Origin: a bacterium
Lineage (GTDB): Bacteria > Patescibacteriota > Gracilibacteria > UBA1369 > PNNO01
Direction of reading: 5' to 3'
Assembly: GCA_013824265.1 (NCBI GenBank)
Contig: PNNO01000001.1
Location: forward strand, 41,051-105,050
DNA length: 64,000 nt
Shown: positions 62,239-64,000 of the stretch, in pieces
How the letters are laid out: each line of letters begins with the position of its first letter
Position numbering within the stretch: the stretch's first letter is position 1
Program-made: the position numbers and the translations under genes
Notes under the pieces: generated by a model
Told to the model about the DNA's origin: nothing
The model's input: only the letters and a program-made list of their open reading frames with translations
The model's database searches: none

Positions 62239-63819
62239 ATGGATTTTAAAACCAGACGAATAAGGTATAAAAAGAGTTTTTTAAAGAGCCTTTACGAAAA
62301 AGTCGTCTCAAAATTTTCCACATTATTCACACGTAAAAGCAAGAAACAAAAGCATACTGCGGGTCTTTTTATAGCAATAATCGTAATTGTAATTCTTTTC
62401 TTTTATGGATGTGAAGCTATAATTTCAAAAATCGGAGTTATAAATGTAATAGGAATTTTTGGAGAACAATTAAAAACAGATTCCTATGGCAATACAAACG
62501 TACTTTTACTTGGTGCCGGAGGAGAAGGTCACGACGGAGAATATCTTACAGATACAATAATCGTGGCTAGCATAGATCAAAGCAACAAACTTGTTCCCAT
62601 GCTTTCCATCCCACGTGATTTTTATGTTGATGTTGATGAATTGGGAGGAGGCATGAGAATAAACAACGTATATGAACTTGGAAAAGATAAATACGGAACA
62701 GAAATTGGGATACAACTTGTCGAAGAAGCCATAGAAGATATAACTGGGGTTGAAATACATTACCACGTTCTTATAAATTTTAACGGTTTCAAAGACATAG
62801 TGGACAGCCTTGGTGGCGTTGAAATCTATGTTGATGAGGCAATTTACGACCCCTACTATCCCCTTGGTGAAACAATTCAGTATCAAACATTTTCTCTTCC
62901 TGCCGGACTACAAGAATTGGATGGAGATACGGCTTTAAAATATGCAAGAAGCAGAAAAACAACCAGCGACTTTGACAGATCAAGAAGGCAACAAAAGCTT
63001 CTGTTTGCAATAAAAGACAAAGCAATGTCAAAAGGGGTACTTCTTAATCCGGGGAAGATAAAAGACCTTTATTCATCGGTTGACGCAAACATAGAAACAA
63101 ATTTTTCAATCAGAAATATAATTGAGCTTGCGAAAATATCACAGGACTTTAATAAAGAAAACCTTATTACAAAGGTAATAACAGATGATCCCACCTCTTG
63201 CGGAGGATTCCTATATGTACCCGAAAGAGACTTTTTTGGAGGCGCTTACGTGCTTGTTCCAATCGGAAATAATTACGATTTTATTCATCAGTATGTTGAT
63301 CTTAATTTCCACTATCCTGAAATCAGTAAAAATCCTCTAAGATTTCAGATATTAAACGGAACAAAAACAGCAGGAATAGCAGGAGAAGCAAAGGCAATGC
63401 TGGACAGACTTTGTTTTGACGTAGTTAGGTTTGGCAACGCGCAAAGCCAGGATATTGAAAAAACAACTTTGTTTTATAAAGCACCAACAACAACTCCGGA
63501 AGAAAACAAATCCAAAGAAACTCCGGAAGCTCTAAACTTTTTAAAACAATTAATACCCGGAGAAATAAGCACTCAAATTCCATCAATATACTATGAATCT
63601 CAATATATAAGCGAAGCAAACGTTATAATAGAACTTGGAGAAGATTACGTTGGAAGCCGCCCTGAAGATATTTTTTACCAGTACTACCCAAGTGCCACAC
63701 CGGCAACAACGGAAACAACCGAAACTGAGGGCGATGAAACAACTGACGCCACTGGAACTGACACTGTCGAAACAACCGCAGAAACTCCCACAGAAACAAC
63801 CGCACCAGATGGAGTCTAA
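62239..63819 (+). CDS. LytR-CpsA-Psr (LCP) family wall-polymer ligase with a LytR_C-like domain and a Thr/Glu-rich tail
   Basis: The protein has an N-terminal TM helix. The LCP core is present (TDTIIVASID...MLSIPRDFYV...INNVY...ALKYARSRKTTSDFDRSRRQQ). The C-terminal tail reads ATPATTETTETEGDETTDATGTDTVETTAETPTETTAPDG. Confidence 0.82.
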   Translation: MDFKTRRIRYKKSFLKSLYEKVVSKFSTLFTRKSKKQKHTAGLFIAIIVIVILFFYGCEAIISKIGVINVIGIFGEQLKTDSYGNTNVLLLGAGGEGHDGEYLTDTIIVASIDQSNKLVPMLSIPRDFYVDVDELGGGMRINNVYELGKDKYGTEIGIQLVEEAIEDITGVEIHYHVLINFNGFKDIVDSLGGVEIYVDEAIYDPYYPLGETIQYQTFSLPAGLQELDGDTALKYARSRKTTSDFDRSRRQQKLLFAIKDKAMSKGVLLNPGKIKDLYSSVDANIETNFSIRNIIELAKISQDFNKENLITKVITDDPTSCGGFLYVPERDFFGGAYVLVPIGNNYDFIHQYVDLNFHYPEISKNPLRFQILNGTKTAGIAGEAKAMLDRLCFDVVRFGNAQSQDIEKTTLFYKAPTTTPEENKSKETPEALNFLKQLIPGEISTQIPSIYYESQYISEANVIIELGEDYVGSRPEDIFYQYYPSATPATTETTETEGDETTDATGTDTVETTAETPTETTAPDGV

Positions 63820-64000
63820 CATTAGATTACAAAAATATATCGCAAGTTGCACAGGTTTTTCTCGCCGAAAAGCGGAAGAATTTATTGATAGTGGCAGAAT
63901 TAAAATAAATGGGAAAAAGGTTAACACGCAGGGCATAAAAATAGATCCGACAAAAGACATCGTAGAATTTGACGGCAAAAAAATTACAACCAGCGAAGAG
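63809..64000 (+). CDS. Pseudouridine synthase (RsuA/RluB family), N-terminal S4 domain; truncated by the window end
   Basis: I translated this by hand. The product is MESNIRLQKYIASCTGFSRRKAEEFIDSGRIKINGKKVNTQGIKIDPTKDIVEFDGKKI, a typical S4 domain start. The ATG overlaps the last codons of the LCP gene. Confidence 0.75.
   Translation, partial: MESNIRLQKYIASCTGFSRRKAEEFIDSGRIKINGKKVNTQGIKIDPTKDIVEFDGKKITTSEE

Noticed and set aside
1-64000. Alternative genetic code (UGA recoding, as in Gracilibacteria/SR1).
   Set aside because: TGA terminates rnpA (40673-40675) and the RNHCP gene (15884-15886) at the expected protein ends. All conserved genes are full length under the standard code.
1-64000. 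CRISPR arrays, transposases, integrases, restriction-modification or toxin-antitoxin modules.
   Set aside because: I saw no regularly spaced direct repeats in any intergenic region. No ORF has recognisable motifs for these functions. The intergenic space is almost entirely accounted for.

Overview
This is a compact, AT-rich, gene-dense bacterial chromosome segment. It uses the standard code: TGA acts as a stop at 15884-15886 and 40673-40675. Many genes touch or overlap by 1-8 nt, and most starts I inspected have no Shine-Dalgarno sequence. The gene content points to a Candidate Phyla Radiation (Patescibacteria-like) organism, but that is an inference from content, not a database result. The supporting content is type IV pilus parts, ComEC, archaeal-type AMP phosphorylase with ribose-1,5-bisphosphate isomerase, pta-ackA fermentation genes, many small pilin-like proteins, and SLH-anchored wall proteins.

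Housekeeping genes recognised with confidence:
- Translation and RNA: rpmB, rpmH, rnpA, metG, gltX, tilS, dus, a partial S4-domain pseudouridine synthase, RNase P RNA (about 21141-21517) and tRNA-Glu(UUC) (43811-43885).
- Envelope, secretion and division: ftsH, ftsK, secA, yidC, jag, an FtsQ-like protein and sbp.
- Metabolism and stress: galU, galE, pta, ackA, class II ribonucleotide reductase, a GH1 glycosidase, a DJ-1/PfpI protein and Hsp20.

Accessory or unusual content:
1. pilT is followed by five overlapping paralogous genes for small TrbC/VirB2-like (T4SS-pilin-like) proteins. No T4SS machinery is present in the window.
2. A partial type IV pilus operon runs pilN-like, pilO-like, pilC, fimT/U-like, pilV-like, pilW-like, pilX-like. 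It lacks pilB, pilM, pilD and a major pilin.
3. Two adjacent secreted proteins (1013 aa beta-helix and 346 aa) share a collinear N-terminal module and sit next to the GH1 enzyme.
4. pta, ackA, AMP phosphorylase and R15P isomerase form one operon-like block, with no RuBisCO beside it.
5. Two tandem TM-anchored methyltransferases resemble aKMT/FAM173 and overlap ComEC convergently.
6. There are several orphan proteins: a PP2C-like/TM/beta-propeller protein, a 700-aa helical-repeat protein and an overlapping three-ORF set.

I saw no CRISPR array, transposase, integrase, rRNA or obvious prophage. All functional calls come from reading the translations and recalling motifs; no search was run.
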